DNA of 64,000 bases from a virus: IMG/VR virus record IMGVR_UViG_3300009130_000016, positions 18,902 to 82,901 of that record. One strand, given 5' to 3'. A model generated the notes under the pieces. It did not search any database. It had not been told where the DNA came from and saw only the letters and a list, made by a program, of their open reading frames with translations. Shown one piece after another: positions 8,973 through 20,200 of this stretch. Every line of letters starts with the position of its first letter. Within the stretch, counting starts at the first letter, position 1. Position numbers and translations under genes: made by a program.

Positions 8973-9356
8973 ATGAAGATAAAGAATAACAGAAACAACT
9001 TTGTTGTATTGCAAATAAAAGATGGAAGTAGAAAGATGATCCAAAAGTTTAATCCTTTGGAAGTTATCGAAATACCTTATTTATTTGACATGAAGCAAGT
9101 TGCTAATAAATTTCTTTTTAGTATTGGGAATTTATCTGTTGTAAAATCAAATGATGTTGCTTTAGAAAAAAAGGAATCAAAGACAAAAAAAACGACTGCA
9201 AAGAAAACTACTTCTAAGAAGAAAGTTGCTAAAAAGTCAAAAGTTGAGAAGGCTATTGAGAAAGCGGATGATTTTATGAATGGAGACGTTGAAGAGTCAG
9301 AAAAAGTTCAAAAAGCTAAATCAAACAAAAACAAAACAAAAAAAGAGGAAAAGTAA
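8973..9356 (+). CDS. Hypothetical Lys-rich protein
   Basis: 127 aa with a KKTTAKKTTSKKK basic tail; preceded by the late motif. Confidence 0.65.
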   Translation: MKIKNNRNNFVVLQIKDGSRKMIQKFNPLEVIEIPYLFDMKQVANKFLFSIGNLSVVKSNDVALEKKESKTKKTTAKKTTSKKKVAKKSKVEKAIEKADDFMNGDVEESEKVQKAKSNKNKTKKEEK

Positions 9357-9369
9357 AAATTATTAAACT

Positions 9370-11751
9370 ATGGCAAGTAAATTTCTTTCACCTGGTGTGT
9401 TCACAAGAGAGCAAGATTTCACTATCTTTGCTTCTAGAGTAGGATTAACAAGACTAGGATTAGTTGGTTTAACTCAAAAGGGACCAGCATTTGAAACTGT
9501 AAAAATTGAATCAACAGACGATTACCTCTTAAGATTTGGTGGTACTGACACAGATATGGCATTACCATATGTGGCTCAAGCGTTTTTAGGTCAATCAAAC
9601 GAACTTAGTGTTACAAGAATATTAGGTGAAACTGGTTTCCAAAACTCTGGAGCTTGGTTGGTTGTTGCAGGGTCTGGTTCTGCACAGTCAGGAGCAACTT
9701 TAGCAGTATTGAGATCTAAGAGAAATCAGGTTTCTGGTGACTTCTATTTCAATCAAGAATCAGATGTAACTATTGGTGGTATAACATCTGCTTCTACAGC
9801 ATTAGATTCTTTCGTATTAAGTGCAACAACAGGACCACTTACAGCGGTTACAAATTCAGGGGTAACAGTTTCTTTAGATGAAACAAGTGTTGATTATATT
9901 GTAAAAAAATTAACTAAAAATCCAGAGATTGTAACTGGAGATTTAGATCTTTATGTTGAGAAGATTTATCCTCATTATTTGAGAGAAGCTTTCGCTAGAG
10001 GTGAAGTTTCTGATCTTGACCCACAATTAGTTTATGCAACTGATGCATCTTATACAGATTATAACGATAAATATTCAAACGCTGTAACTCCTTGGATTGT
10101 ATCAAGAGTTGTTGGTTCTGACGTAAAAAATTTATTCAGAATTCAAACTATTTCTGATGGTGATTCTGCAAACACTGAATTGAAATTCTCAATTCAAAAC
10201 ATTGATATTGTAAACCACAAGTTCGACCTTGTTGTTAGAAGGTTTAGTGACACAGATGCTACTGCAAATTCTACTGCTGTAGAAATATTTGCTAATTTGA
10301 GCATGGATGAAACTGATCAAAACTTTATCGGTAAAGCTATTGGTACAACAGATGAGTCTTATCCAAGAAGATCAAGATTTATTACAGTTGATATTTCTGA
10401 GTCTTACCCAGATGGTTCTGTTCCTGCAGGATTCAGAGGATATGATTTAAGAGACAATGGTGTGTCTGGGACTACTGCTCCAGGTGTTTATTATAAAACA
10501 ACTTATTTATCAGGTGATTCTTCTTTCAGAACTTACTTGGGTATTTCTGAATTAGCATACACAAGCTTAACTTCTGACCAAATTTCTTTCAGAAATGCGG
10601 TAAAAACTGTTGAGTCTGACATATTTGCTTACAATGGTGGTGTTTCTACTGGAACAACTACTACTAAAGGATTCCATATGGAGAACACAGCTGATTCTAA
10701 CTTGTTTGATTCAGGTGATAAAGACTCTTTAACAGGATATACAAATGCAGCAGGGACTCTTATCGACAGAGGGTTGCTTAAATTCACACTTGCACCAGCT
10801 GGCGGATTTGACGGATTTGATAAATACGCAACATTCGCTGATCCATACGAAATGTTCACTGATGCATATGTTGATAACGTATCTCAATTTAAGAAAGCTA
10901 TTTATACTTTCGAAAATAGAGAAGAAGTAGATATTAATTTATTTGCAACTCCAGGTATTAATTTTAGGAACAACTTATCAATTGTTAAATATGCATTGGA
11001 ATTAGTTGAAACTAGAGCGGATTCACTTTATGTGATTGATGCACCGAGAATTACAGTTGGTACTAACAAAGGTACTCCTGAGGAAGTTGTTTCTATTTTA
11101 GAATCTACTGGACTTGATTCAAGTTATGCTTGTACATACTGGCCATGGATCCAAATGGAAGATGTAAGTAACTCTAAGTATACTTGGCAATCACCGACTG
11201 TTATGGCTGTTGAAGCAATGGCGTTTACTGATAATGTAAGTAACCCATGGTATGCACCAGCAGGTATAAATAGAGGTAAAGCTAACACTACAATTAAGAG
11301 AGCTGATATTAAATTAAAAGAATCTCATAGAGATACTCTTTATCAAGGTAGAATTAACCCAATTGCCACATTCATACAAGAAGGTGTTGTAATTTGGGGA
11401 CAAAAAACTTTACAAGTTGATGCATCTGCACTTGATAGAATTAATGTTAGAAGATTGTTACTACAAGTAAGAAGGTTAATCGCAGCAGCTTCGTTGACAT
11501 TGTTATTCGAACAAAACGATCAAACTCTTAGAGATCAATTCTTATCAAGAGTTGAACCGATCTTATTGAACATTCAAAACAGAAGAGGCCTTACGGCATT
11601 TAAAGTTGTAATGGATGACAGTAACAACAATGAAACTGTGGATAGAAATACATTAGTTGGTAAGATTCAATTGAAGCCTACACCGACTGCTGAATATGTT
11701 GATTTAGAATTCCAAGTATTACCTGCAGGTGCTAACTTCGAGGATTTTTAA
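9370..11751 (+). CDS. Contractile tail sheath protein (gp18-like)
   Basis: FLSPGVFTREQD, GLTQKGPAF, PWYAPAGINRG, LYQGRINPI, IWGQKTLQ..SALDRINVRRLL. Confidence 0.97.
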   Translation: MASKFLSPGVFTREQDFTIFASRVGLTRLGLVGLTQKGPAFETVKIESTDDYLLRFGGTDTDMALPYVAQAFLGQSNELSVTRILGETGFQNSGAWLVVAGSGSAQSGATLAVLRSKRNQVSGDFYFNQESDVTIGGITSASTALDSFVLSATTGPLTAVTNSGVTVSLDETSVDYIVKKLTKNPEIVTGDLDLYVEKIYPHYLREAFARGEVSDLDPQLVYATDASYTDYNDKYSNAVTPWIVSRVVGSDVKNLFRIQTISDGDSANTELKFSIQNIDIVNHKFDLVVRRFSDTDATANSTAVEIFANLSMDETDQNFIGKAIGTTDESYPRRSRFITVDISESYPDGSVPAGFRGYDLRDNGVSGTTAPGVYYKTTYLSGDSSFRTYLGISELAYTSLTSDQISFRNAVKTVESDIFAYNGGVSTGTTTTKGFHMENTADSNLFDSGDKDSLTGYTNAAGTLIDRGLLKFTLAPAGGFDGFDKYATFADPYEMFTDAYVDNVSQFKKAIYTFENREEVDINLFATPGINFRNNLSIVKYALELVETRADSLYVIDAPRITVGTNKGTPEEVVSILESTGLDSSYACTYWPWIQMEDVSNSKYTWQSPTVMAVEAMAFTDNVSNPWYAPAGINRGKANTTIKRADIKLKESHRDTLYQGRINPIATFIQEGVVIWGQKTLQVDASALDRINVRRLLLQVRRLIAAASLTLLFEQNDQTLRDQFLSRVEPILLNIQNRRGLTAFKVVMDDSNNNETVDRNTLVGKIQLKPTPTAEYVDLEFQVLPAGANFEDF

Positions 11752-11769
11752 CAGATCCTAATAAAAGAT

Positions 11770-11805
11770 AAAAAAGAGAGCTTAAAAAAGCTCTCTTTTT
11801 TTTTT
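11770..11805 (+). terminator. Intrinsic terminator after the sheath gene
   Basis: aaaaagagagct/agctctcttttt stem followed by a T run. Confidence 0.8.
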
Positions 11806-11980
11806 GCCCTAATAAATTTACGGCAACTATACTACAATTAGGTAGTGGGTTTGTTGATGAAAATATTTTTGTTTGTCAGGAGATGTAATTAATTCTGGAA
11901 GTTATTAAAAACATATGTTTATATAAAAAGGAATAGTTTTTTATGTTTGTTTGTATATTTATAAATAAAGAAGTAAAGCT

Positions 11981-12343
11981 ATGCCTTTAGATAAAAAGAA
12001 AGTTACAATAAAAAGAAATGATACGTTGCCATCTTTGATGGTTAACGTAATAGATAGGGGTTGTCTTTATGAAAAAAAGCCATTTCATTTAAGTGGTGTT
12101 ACGGCAGTTACTTTTTCAATGTTGAATACAGATTGCGATTATCATAAAATATCACAAAAGACAGCGTTTGTTTTTTGTTACTCTGGTGGGACATTGCAAT
12201 ATAATTGGTCGTCAGAAGACACAAATGAATCAGGTAATTACCTTGGTGAATTTGAATTAAATTTCATAGGTGGAGGAAAAATGTCTGTTCCGCAAATTGG
12301 GGGAATAAATATACAAATTGTAGATGATATTAATGTGGGTTAA
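11981..12343 (+). CDS. BppU N-terminal-like Ig-fold virion protein
   Basis: IKRNDTLPSL...LSGVTAVTFSM...QYNW...DT..G.Y.GEFE pattern. Confidence 0.6.
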   Translation: MPLDKKKVTIKRNDTLPSLMVNVIDRGCLYEKKPFHLSGVTAVTFSMLNTDCDYHKISQKTAFVFCYSGGTLQYNWSSEDTNESGNYLGEFELNFIGGGKMSVPQIGGINIQIVDDINVG

Positions 12344-12705
12344 CCAATTTCTATATCTATATTGTTATTGAGTATTTCAATTTCTATTTGTTCTCCTATT
12401 ACATTTGGGTTTACCATAAATCTTGTAGGCAATCTTTTTTCTGGGGCACCAGGCACATATGAAACAAACCAGTTTAGTTCATATGTTATGTCTGCTGCAT
12501 ATAAAGTTGGGTCTAAGTTAACATAGTATATTCCTAAAGATTCTGGGATAGGTTGTAAAAAATTTTCTACAAAAGCAGATCCTGTTCCTGCAATAGTTTT
12601 TGTCGAAGCACTTATAGTGTTTGCACTTATAAGTGCTTGAGTAGTGCTTCCGCTTCCATTGGAGCTAAAGCAATGAATTTGTCTATATAATCTTATTTCT
12701 CCCAT
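12340..12705 (-). CDS. Hypothetical virion protein
   Basis: ATG at 12705 preferred; beta-rich; its stop overlaps the convergent gene's stop (TTAA). Confidence 0.6.
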   Translation of the reverse strand: MGEIRLYRQIHCFSSNGSGSTTQALISANTISASTKTIAGTGSAFVENFLQPIPESLGIYYVNLDPTLYAADITYELNWFVSYVPGAPEKRLPTRFMVNPNVIGEQIEIEILNNNIDIEIG

Positions 12706-12711
12706 AATAAA

Positions 12712-12755
12712 AAAAGGTTTTCCCAAAAGAATAAATTCAGATGGGAAAACCTTTT
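12712..12755 (-). terminator. Hairpin/terminator after the tail tube gene
   Basis: 14-bp stem aaaaggttttccca/tgggaaaacctttt, T-rich on the minus-strand 3' side. Confidence 0.6.
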
Positions 12756-12771
12756 AAATTTTAAACAATAA

Positions 12772-13260
12772 TTAAGCTGCTAATAAGCACTTGTCCATTT
12801 GAACATTGATTGTAATATCAGCTAACGCATCATCACTGTGATCAAATCCACCGAAGTCGATGTTTGTGATCATAGATCCAACAAGAGTCCATTTTTCAAC
12901 TTCAATACCAGTTGGGTCTAAAGCTTTAAGTACAAGGTTTTTCTTGTATCCAACTGCGTATCCCATACGTCCAGTAGCTGTTTCGAAATGAAGTCTTACC
13001 CATTCCATAAGTTTTTGTGTACCTGATGGCCCGATGACATCGATAAATGAGATATCGATTGCTTGCCACACAGATCTACCTGCAACCCAAGTGCTTGAGT
13101 TCATATATGGAATTTCTGTAGCGTTAATAGCTAATTTAGGTTTACCTGAAGTTTGAACAATGAAAGAATCTATTCCTAATTCCGTTGGGAATTCAAGAAC
13201 AAATCTATTCTTTCTTTTCGGTTCCTGCTCAATCGGAACTGGTCTATACATATCTGCCAT
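12772..13260 (-). CDS. Tail tube protein (T4 gp19-like)
   Basis: EPKRKNRF, W..I.I.F.D.IGPS..Q..MEWVRLH.E..TGR.GY, LDPTG..VEKW.L. Confidence 0.9.
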   Translation of the reverse strand: MADMYRPVPIEQEPKRKNRFVLEFPTELGIDSFIVQTSGKPKLAINATEIPYMNSSTWVAGRSVWQAIDISFIDVIGPSGTQKLMEWVRLHFETATGRMGYAVGYKKNLVLKALDPTGIEVEKWTLVGSMITNIDFGGFDHSDDALADITINVQMDKCLLAA

Positions 13261-13418
13261 AGTTCTCCGTTTTTTGTTGTTTGTATTACTTTTAGTTTTG
13301 TTTATAAATATGAGAAAAAAATTTTTATAAACATTTTTTAATAATATTTATATGAAGAGATATATATCTTAATTCATCTATTTTTAGAGTGAATTTGTTA
13401 TAACTAAAGTTTTGTTTC

Positions 13419-13847
13419 ATGAGTGGTAAATATATATTCCCAAGTTTTTTTGGTAATTTTCTTCCTTTGTCTGGTGGTACAGTAACTGGCGATTCTGTTT
13501 TTACAGAAAAATTAAGTGCAGATACGATAACTACTGAAAACTTGACTGTTAAGTCAGGAACTGTATCTTCCTCAAATGTATATGAAACGAATGAGCTTAC
13601 TTTTGTTAATACAACAGGTGATTATTTTGGCAAGCTATCAACACCAAGGACAGGAACTCTAACTTTAGATATATCAAGTGCCGTAACAGGTGGTAATGTT
13701 ATTGTATATTATCAAAATGAAACTTTAGATTTACCTTTTACACCTATAAATGTGCCTGATTTTTCACCAAATCAATTATGTAAATTGTACATAGAAAGAG
13801 ATGTAGACAACAATTATACTGTAAACGTAATAGCGGTTACTGTTTAA
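13419..13847 (+). CDS. Hypothetical virion/tail-fibre-like protein
   Basis: FLPLSGGTVTG fibre-type repeat motif; Thr/Ser-rich. Confidence 0.55.
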   Translation: MSGKYIFPSFFGNFLPLSGGTVTGDSVFTEKLSADTITTENLTVKSGTVSSSNVYETNELTFVNTTGDYFGKLSTPRTGTLTLDISSAVTGGNVIVYYQNETLDLPFTPINVPDFSPNQLCKLYIERDVDNNYTVNVIAVTV

Positions 13848-14050
13848 TATATAAAATTTAGATAATATAATTAGTTATTATCTGTCGTTGTATAGAGGTG
13901 TATTTACAGATGGGGTATGTGTACTAACAGTGTATGTAGAAACAAAATGATCAAGGTTATTAGATATACAGAAAGTGTTTGTAATAACGGGTACACTATA
14001 ATTGGGTTAGTTTTTTAATAAGTTTTAGGATATTTATAAATAAAACCAAA

Positions 14051-15007
14051 ATGAATAAGAAAAAAGCTTTAGTAATATCAGGTGGAGGTGCCTTTGGGGC
14101 TTGGGGAGGAGGAACTATACAAGGTATAACAGAATGTACTGGAAAAGAGTATGATATGGTAGTAGGTGCATCTACTGGAAGCCTTTTATCGCCACTTGTA
14201 GCTATTGGTAAGTTTGAAAAACTTAAAGAAGCTTATACAAGTGTTAATCAAGATAGTATTTTTGATGTTAACCCATTTAATAAAAAAGGTGAAATAAAAT
14301 TAACCAATGCAATTTGGAGAGTTTTAGTAGCTAATCCAATAAGTGGTATTTTTAAAAAGAAACACAAACCAACTTTTGGAGAGTCAAATGAATTGAGAAA
14401 AACAATAAAAAGTTTTTTCACAATTGAAGATTTCGAAAAATTAAAAAACAGTGGGAAAGAAATTATAGCTGCTGTTGTAAACTTAAACACAGAGTTAGCT
14501 GAAATGAAGTCTTCAGATGATTTTGGATACGAAGATTTCGTGGATTGGATTTGGATCTCTGCAAATGCACCATTATTCATGTCTCTTGTAACTAAAAATG
14601 GATGTGAGTATGTTGATGGAGGCATTGTTGAGCATGTGCCGATTCAAGAGGCTATCAATAAAGGGGCGACTGAAATTGATGTCATAATTCACAGAACTGA
14701 ATTTTCAACTCCAAACAAAAACTATGTATCTAAAAACATTCTTGATATGTTTATGAAAATAGTAAACGTAATGCACAAAGAGGTTTCAAATGATGATGTA
14801 GCAATTTCTAAATTAATGGCTTTTGATGAAGATGTTACAATTACATATCATTACACACCATATAAGTTATCGGATAACTCATTAATGTTTGACAAGCAAA
14901 CAATGACTGAGTGGTGGGATCTTGGATATAAAGGTATCAAAGAAAGCATTTGTAAGAAAAAGGTTGTAAAGTTATCAAAAGACGGTTCAACTAAAAAAAT
15001 AAAATAA
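14051..15007 (+). CDS. Patatin-like phospholipase
   Basis: GGGAFG oxyanion loop, GASTG nucleophile elbow and YVDGG catalytic Asp. Confidence 0.92.
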   Translation: MNKKKALVISGGGAFGAWGGGTIQGITECTGKEYDMVVGASTGSLLSPLVAIGKFEKLKEAYTSVNQDSIFDVNPFNKKGEIKLTNAIWRVLVANPISGIFKKKHKPTFGESNELRKTIKSFFTIEDFEKLKNSGKEIIAAVVNLNTELAEMKSSDDFGYEDFVDWIWISANAPLFMSLVTKNGCEYVDGGIVEHVPIQEAINKGATEIDVIIHRTEFSTPNKNYVSKNILDMFMKIVNVMHKEVSNDDVAISKLMAFDEDVTITYHYTPYKLSDNSLMFDKQTMTEWWDLGYKGIKESICKKKVVKLSKDGSTKKIK

Positions 15008-15008
15008 T

Positions 15009-15323
15009 ATGTCAATAAGAATAGGTACAGGTCAAACAGTGTATGATATTATCATGTCTGTTGACAGTAATAACATACCAGTTACAGGGGTAACCTTTTC
15101 TTCTGTAGTTCATAAAGATGGTTCGGTTTATACAGGTGTTACAGCAAGCACAGTTATAGCGGATAATGTTACAGGTGCCTATACAGGCAGTTGGTCTGCA
15201 GATACGACAGGTGTATATCAAATATTGTATACAAACAATGTTACTAACGTATTATTTATAACTGATTCATACCAAGTATTGAGTGATGATGAACTTAGTA
15301 CAAACGTTTACATAGGGCTATAA
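15009..15323 (+). CDS. Hypothetical beta-rich virion protein
   Basis: 104 aa, Thr/Val-rich, starts 1 nt after the patatin stop. Confidence 0.6.
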   Translation: MSIRIGTGQTVYDIIMSVDSNNIPVTGVTFSSVVHKDGSVYTGVTASTVIADNVTGAYTGSWSADTTGVYQILYTNNVTNVLFITDSYQVLSDDELSTNVYIGL

Positions 15324-15387
15324 TACACTTATGGCTTTTTTTTCATAAAAAACGCACTATTTATCTATATAACAAACATTTATAGAT

Positions 15388-17157
15388 ATGACTGTTGCAG
15401 AGAAAAAAGAAGAGTTAATTAAATGTATGGTTAATCCACAATACTATTTGGATCACTATGCACACGCATTTAATGCTAAGACTCAAAAAGTGTCTCAGCT
15501 AGAATGCTTTGACTACCAAGTCGATGCTATAAAGAATTTCCACAAGCACATGAATAACATTGTGCTTAAATCTAGGCAAACAGGTTTTTCGGTAATAACA
15601 GCAGCTTACATAGCTTGGAGGTTATTATTTATGTCTGATGAAAAAATACTAATCATTGCCAATGATTTTAACGGAGCAAAAAGACTCCTTAAAACGGTTA
15701 AAGACTATGTTGATAATACTCCGAAATGGCTTCTTCCAGAAAGTGTTGTAAAAAACAACGAGAGTTATTTGGAATTTTCTAACAACTCATTTGTAAAAGC
15801 TTTGGCATGTTCTGCTCAAGCAGGTCGTGGGGAATCTTTGACATTGTTGGTTTTGGATGAGGTTGCATTTATCGAGAATGCAGATGATATTAAGGCTGGT
15901 GCATTAATGGCTGTGTCTCAAACGAAAGGTAAGACGATTATGATTTCCACTCCAAATGGTACAAACAATTTGTATTATGAGACTTGGAAAAATGCAGTTA
16001 AGGGAGAGAATAACTTTAATAAGCAAATTGTTCATTGGAAAGATAATCCGTTGTCGAACCCAGGCTTGGAAGTTAGAGTTGATCCAGAAAATGGGCAAGA
16101 TTATTTTTGGTCACCATGGTATCAAGAGCAATGTGATAGACTTGCACAAGACAAAGTTAAGATTGCACAGGAGTTAGACCTTTCATTCGAATCTTCTAAA
16201 TACCTTGCTGTTGATGTAAATATTGTCAACAAGTACAAGAAGGATGTTGAAGAAGCTAGGGTTGATTGCTACTTCGATTACACCAAATATAACAATAAGG
16301 AATTAGAATTTAAGTCAGATCCATTTGTAAAAGAGAAGACGGCCTTCTGGGTTTACGAGAAACCGATTGAGGGTAACAAATATATATTGGCTGCGGATGT
16401 TGCTCGTGGAGATGGTAAGGATTATTCTACCATACAAATTATAGATGCAGTGAATTTGAGACAAGTTGCAGAGTTTCAATCTAAGATAACATCTGATAAG
16501 TTTGCTGAGGTAATACTTCCAGCTGCAATTCTTTACAACAATGCTTATGTAGCAATCGAGGCCAACAATATGGGCCTAACAACATGTTATTATTTGCACA
16601 AGACACACAAATACAAGAATGTGCATAAATCTAAAACTATTCAACAGATGCAAGGAGGTCCTCGTGACAAAAGGTGGTCGGTTGATGAAGGAGATGAAAT
16701 ACCAGGATTCCAAACAACAAGTAAAACAAGGCCTTTCTTGGTGGATTCACTTAGAAAGTACATGAGAGAAAAAGAGGTTGTGATCAGGTCTCCAAGGATC
16801 ATGTCTGAGTTTGAAACTTTTGTAATAAAGCCAAATGGTAAAGCTGAACATGAGAAAGGTGCTAACGATGACCTTATTATTGCTTTTGCGATTGCTTTGT
16901 TTATTAGGGATTCAGAATGGGAGAGAGTAAATAGAGGGCTTAATATGTATAAGTCGATGTTAGGAGCGTGGTCATCTAGTAAAGTTGAATACAGAGGTAA
17001 GGAGAGTGTTATTCAAAAGGCTTCTGATATGAATAAAATAAAAAAATTCGAAGAAACAGAAAGGGCAGGGTACATGCCCATTATACACGGTAATGATTTA
17101 AAGCCAGGCCAGAGCGACACAAGTGGTGATGACGATTTAAGTTGGCTTTATGATTAA
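15388..17157 (+). CDS. Terminase large subunit (T4 gp17-like)
   Basis: KSRQTGFS Walker A, LVLDEVAFI Walker B, ISTPNG, ADVARGDGKDYS, EANN and NDDLIIA nuclease motifs. Confidence 0.96.
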   Translation: MTVAEKKEELIKCMVNPQYYLDHYAHAFNAKTQKVSQLECFDYQVDAIKNFHKHMNNIVLKSRQTGFSVITAAYIAWRLLFMSDEKILIIANDFNGAKRLLKTVKDYVDNTPKWLLPESVVKNNESYLEFSNNSFVKALACSAQAGRGESLTLLVLDEVAFIENADDIKAGALMAVSQTKGKTIMISTPNGTNNLYYETWKNAVKGENNFNKQIVHWKDNPLSNPGLEVRVDPENGQDYFWSPWYQEQCDRLAQDKVKIAQELDLSFESSKYLAVDVNIVNKYKKDVEEARVDCYFDYTKYNNKELEFKSDPFVKEKTAFWVYEKPIEGNKYILAADVARGDGKDYSTIQIIDAVNLRQVAEFQSKITSDKFAEVILPAAILYNNAYVAIEANNMGLTTCYYLHKTHKYKNVHKSKTIQQMQGGPRDKRWSVDEGDEIPGFQTTSKTRPFLVDSLRKYMREKEVVIRSPRIMSEFETFVIKPNGKAEHEKGANDDLIIAFAIALFIRDSEWERVNRGLNMYKSMLGAWSSSKVEYRGKESVIQKASDMNKIKKFEETERAGYMPIIHGNDLKPGQSDTSGDDDLSWLYD

Positions 17158-17222
17158 GTATTTACTATTTAAAATAGATTAATTACATTTTAAAAATAAG
17201 GTTTTTGGACCAAGATAAATAA

Positions 17223-20200
17223 ATGGCAGAAAATAATAAAGGTACAATTTTTCAGAGAGCTTTACATGCTTTCAGAAAGGATCCTAGATCGGGAATAAAT
17301 CAAGCACCAATGGGTCACACCCCAATGGCAAGCACACAAAATATGGATGGATACCCAACGAGGGTAAACCCATCAAGTCCAGTAAATTCGCTTGAACATC
17401 AACAACAACAATATCTTGACTGGCAAATGGATGCTATTGCTCAAGATATTTACACTAGAACTGTATATTATGATACAGATAGGGTTGGTGCATATCAAGA
17501 CTACAATGCAATGGATCATTCACCAGAGATTGCTGCAGCACTTGATATAATCAGAGATGAATGTTTAGTAAGAAACGAAAGGGGTAATATTCTTGAGATA
17601 TATTCTGAAAATGATCGTGTAAAGGAAGTTCTTAAAGACCTGTTTAATAACAAGCTTAATGTTGAATATAACATGAGGTTATGGATTCGTGAATTGGTGA
17701 AAAAGGGAGATTTCTTTTTACATTTACACATTGACGGAGAAGGTCGTAAAGGTGTTTATGACGTAATGGCTTTGCCTGCTGAAGAGATTCATCGTGAAGA
17801 CGGTGTTGATGGAATGATTGATAACACAAGGTTCCGTTGGGATAGTAAAAACATGTATTTCGAGGAATGGCAAATTGCACATTTCAGATTAATAGAAGAC
17901 ACAAAAAGATTACCATACGGTAGATCGATGTTGGATCCAGCTAGAAAGCTTTGGAAACAATTACAGCTATCAGAAGATGCAATGCTAGTTTACAGATTAG
18001 CAAGAGCTCCTGAGAGAAGAGTTTTTTACATTGATGTTGGGAATATTGATGATGCCGATGTAAAACAATATATCGATCAAGTTAAATTGTCTGTTAAGGG
18101 GCAACCAGTGGTTAATTCGAAAACTGGAGACATTAGTAGAAAGTTTAATCCAGCTCATGTTGAGGAAGATTTCTTTATTCCAATTAGAGGTGATAAGTCT
18201 TCGAAGATTGAAACATTGCCTGGAGCGTGTCTTGCATTGGATACAGAAATATGTTTACTTGATGGTCGAAATTTGGAACTTAATGAAATAATTGAAGAAT
18301 TTAAAGTAAATAAAAATCTTTGGTCATACTCTATTAATCCAGAAACAGGAGAAATTGTTCCTGGTAAAATCACTTGGGCTGGTGTAACTAGAAAAGATAC
18401 AGAAGTTGTGAAAATCACTCTTGATAACGGTGAAACGATAACTACAACTCCAGATCACAAATTTCCTACTAGATTTAATGGAATTAAGGAAGCAAAAGAT
18501 TTGCAACCAAACGAGTCTCTTTGGTCATTTAATAAGAAACTTGCTCCTGTGTCAAAAGACACAAGGAAGAAAAGAAATGATTATGAAATGGTTTTTGATC
18601 ATTCTAGTAATGATTGGGTTTACACTCATAGATTGGTAGCAAATTATTTTAAATCTTTAGGTGAGCATAATGAATTGGTGTTTAATGAAAGTAGTTCTGA
18701 TAAATCAAAGCAAACTATTCATCACCAGGATTATGATAGATTTAATAATAATCCAAGTAATCTTCACTTTATGAACAATAAAGATCATAGAGATTTGCAT
18801 GCTGACAATATTTATGAATGGTCTAAACTTGGCGTTGAAGCTTGGATGAAAAAGTTTGATAATGATGAAGAATTTAAGCAAGAGGTTTTATTAAGGTTAG
18901 AAAAAAGTAGAACTGAATATTATGCCAATAGAGATGGGGAGACAACTCAAAAACACAATGAATCAATCTCGAAAGGTATAAAAGAATATTTTAACAATAT
19001 AAGTAAAGAAGAGGCAGAGAGAAGAAAGGGAATAAATATTAAAAATATTTCTGGTGCAAATGCAAGACTTAAAGAGTTAATGCAAGATGAGTGTTTTAAA
19101 CAAGAAATGTATGAGAAATCTTCAAAAAATCTTAAGATAGTTAAAAACACTCCTGAGTATAAGGAGATACAAAGTGGTATTTCTAAAAATTTGTGGAAAG
19201 ATGAGTCTTATAGAAATGCAATAGCAGAGAAGCAAACAATTAAGTATGCAGACTCAATGTTGCAATTTGTAGTTAATCTTTATAAAAAAGGATTTTCTGC
19301 AAAAGATATTGTAATTGCAATAAATGAAGAGGGGTCTACTTTTATGGAGGCTTTCAATTCATTAAACGAAGGAAACAAGCAGCTTAAGAAGATGGAAAAC
19401 GGGTTTACCCATAATAACCTTGTTAAGTTAATGTCTCATTTCGGGTATGACAATTGGAGAGATTTCAAAAACAAAGCAGAGTTATTTAATCACAGGATTG
19501 TATCTATTGAGTTCTTGGAAGAGAAAGTTGACACTGGTACAATCACCATCGATGGAGGTGAGAAATATCACGATCACCATAACTTCGCATTGGCATCTGG
19601 TGTGTTTACACAGAATTCAAATATGGGAGACATTGCTGATATCGAATATCTTGAAAACAAATTGTTTGCAGCATTAAAAGTTCCAAAGCCTTATTTGAAC
19701 TATGCTGAATCAATGCCAGGTGGATCAATGTTATCGCAGGCTGATTTACGTTTTGCAAGAACAATTAACTCTATACAAGAATCTGTTTTGATGGAATTAA
19801 GAAGAATAGCTAATATTCACTTAATGTTCACAGGGTTCGAAGATGATATTGATAACTTCACTTTGACGTTAACAAATCCTTCGTCTCAACAAGAGTTGTT
19901 AAACTTGGAAACATGGAGAACAAGACTTGAGATATTTAAGGAAATGTTTAATACAGAGCCAGGATCACCAACGTCATACACTTGGGCTATGGAGAATATT
20001 TTAGGGTTTTCTCAAGCAGAAATTAAATTAATGTTTAAGCAGAAGAAAGTTGAGAAGAAATTATTCACCGAAATTGAAGCTGCTGCTGAAACATATAAGA
20101 AAATCGGATTGTTTAAGGATCTAGATAAGAGGTATGAAGATCCAGAAAAGGCTGCTGCTGCCGAAGGAGGTGGAGCTGAAGGTGGTGGAGAAGACGAATT

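Noticed and set aside
13850-14030. Possible small gene in the gap before patatin
   Set aside because: The minus-strand open frames I checked lack start codons, and I saw no convincing ORF or RNA structure.
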